DNA of 35,307 nt. Source: Xylographa opegraphella (taxonomy: Eukaryota). Of the stretch, positions 33,769-35,307 are shown in pieces. The stretch spans positions 186,001 to 221,307 of the forward strand of contig JALDZX010000034.1 in assembly GCA_022813865.1 (NCBI GenBank). Reading direction: 5' to 3'. The position numbers and the translations under genes were made by a program. Numbering within the stretch: the stretch's first letter is position 1; every line of letters begins with the position of its first letter. Below the pieces are notes generated by a model, which did not search any database, was not told where the DNA came from, and was given only the letters and a program-made list of their open reading frames with translations.

Positions 33769-34868
33769 AAAAATACGATATAAATACTAACGATATTAAA
33801 ATTAAATAATTTTATTTAAAGAACGACCTTTGCGAAAGCAAGATAGGTATATAATATAATAATTAAATTAATTATTATATATAAAACGACAATATAATAT
33901 AGACGAGGCGATATTAAAGAATTAACAAAGGCAGAAAAACCACTCGAAATTTTATAAAATCAAAGGCTGCGAAATATAATAAGAAAATTTAAGAAAATTA
34001 ATATAAAATATTATAAGCAAAGGCATTCATACTTTTAATTAAATTATATTTTAATAAGATTTAAAATTACGCGACTTTACGTATACGAGATATAAATAAA
34101 ACGCAATAAATAAATTAAGTCTGTAATAAAATTGAAATAAAAATAAAAATTCGATTAAAATATACAATCCCGCGCAAAAAAAATAGTAAATTTTAGAAAA
34201 AATAATTAATAAAAGTATTATACTGGTAAACGCGAAAAACGTATATAGAACTTTATTAAAAAAAAGTTATAATAATCGTTTATTAAAACGAATGAAACAA
34301 AAAATAAATTAAGTATAAAAAAACGGGTAAAATATCAGCGCAGCGCTATTTTTTTAACGAAAAAACGACAAAATTAAAAAACAAGCTTTATAAAATAAAG
34401 AATACGTTAGCGATATATAATTTAGAGGAAAAATAAGTTTAAAAATATATTTATTATTAAAAAAGATTCTCGACTATGAATTATAATATAAAATAAAAAA
34501 ATTATAATTAATTATAAATAGCTTAATACGTACTAACGCAGTATAAAATTAACGACGTTAAAAAAACGTATAAAAACGATTTAAATATTATTAAATTTTC
34601 AAATTATCGAAAGTTAATTGAATTTACTACGGAACTTCGAGCGGCGATTAAAATATTAATATATATAAAATTATTAAAAGAGTTTTTAATAACGAAAAGG
34701 TTTTTTTACGAGGGCGATTAGGCTAATAAATAGATTAGTATAAATATATAAAATAGCGCAATCGCGATGAGAAAAATATATTTATAAATTAAAAAAGTAA
34801 TTTTTTCCCTAAGGGGTTTTATTTATATAACCATTAAATAAATTCCTCGATAAATCGACTAAAGTCGA

Positions 34869-35243
34869 TGTCACAAGGGTGTATAAATATTATTATTATT
34901 ATTATTATTATTTAATATTTTAATTTTAAATTTAAACTTAAATATATAGCGAATATAACTTTAATTTAATTAATTTAAATAAACTTATTTACGTAATTAA
35001 TTTTTATATATTCAATTTATAGTTGTCAATTTACAAATTAAACTGTAATTAAATTATATTAATGATAAAGTTAAATTAAATTATATTATAAAATAACTTT
35101 TTATTGCTATTACAATAATTTTGTTATTCTAATAAATTTTTACTATTTTATTTATATATATATTTTGCCCCGGCTTGTATATATTTTATATTGAATAATT
35201 ATAAACTTATATATTTATCTTATTTTTGCTTTTTTGATTTAAC
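34869..35243. mobile_element. Probable further RIPed repeat/LTR beginning TGTCACAAGGG
   Basis: An LTR-like TGTCAC start just after the LINE tail, followed by featureless AT-rich DNA. The other end was not identified. Confidence 0.3.

Positions 35244-35307
<64 letters not shown>
35244..35307. repeat. (TAT)n trinucleotide microsatellite running to the window end
   Basis: About 21 perfect units. Confidence 0.95.

Larger units (their letters stand above)
32181..34850 (+). mobile_element. RIP-degraded non-LTR retrotransposon (Tad1-like LINE), ORF2 RT and C-terminal part
   Basis: Relic translations 'IIALRKPGK...FYRPIVFF' (~32500-32570), 'LNLNINNVFNNIFY*RLLYNLRE' (LDxxGAFDNVxHxRLLHNLR), 'EISQ' (GxPQG, ~32940), 'INFVNDVNILIY' (FVDD at 33294-33305), 'YGAAFALEKYKIIYF' and 'TTFAKAR*VY'. 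The 3' boundary is approximate. Confidence 0.85.

Noticed and set aside
28519..35307. Mitochondrial insertion (NUMT) or AT-rich bacterial contaminant
   Set aside because: No mitochondrial or bacterial genes are recognisable. The relic translations are gypsy and LINE domains with transition-biased decay.

Overview
This is intron-rich fungal DNA, most likely a filamentous ascomycete (Pezizomycotina), in two compartments. Positions 1 to ~28.2 kb are gene-dense (about 50% GC by eye) and hold ten protein-coding genes whose exons were spliced by hand. They are Ras2, a propionyl/acetyl-CoA synthetase ending in a PTS1 (-AKL), a GPR1/FUN34/YaaH carboxylate transporter, a conserved hypothetical protein, a secreted ferritin-like (LsdA/Rds1-like) protein, a DAL5-type MFS permease, an 8-exon PEP2/SnoaL-like gene, a Zn2Cys6 transcription factor, a NIPA Mg2+ transporter and a patatin-like protein lacking its catalytic serine. 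From ~28.5 kb to the end is an extremely AT-rich, RIP-degraded nest of retroelements. It contains a Ty3/gypsy chromovirus (RT, RNase H, integrase, chromodomain, PPT, 3' LTR) that also carries an antisense Zn-cluster-like/coiled-coil ORF relic and abuts a Tad1-like LINE. The LINE is interrupted by a fresh, unmutated 183-bp solo LTR and by a 9-bp microsatellite that expanded inside its RT. The mutation pattern in this block spares CpG. No rRNA, tRNA or CRISPR was seen. All family assignments come from motif recognition, not database searches.
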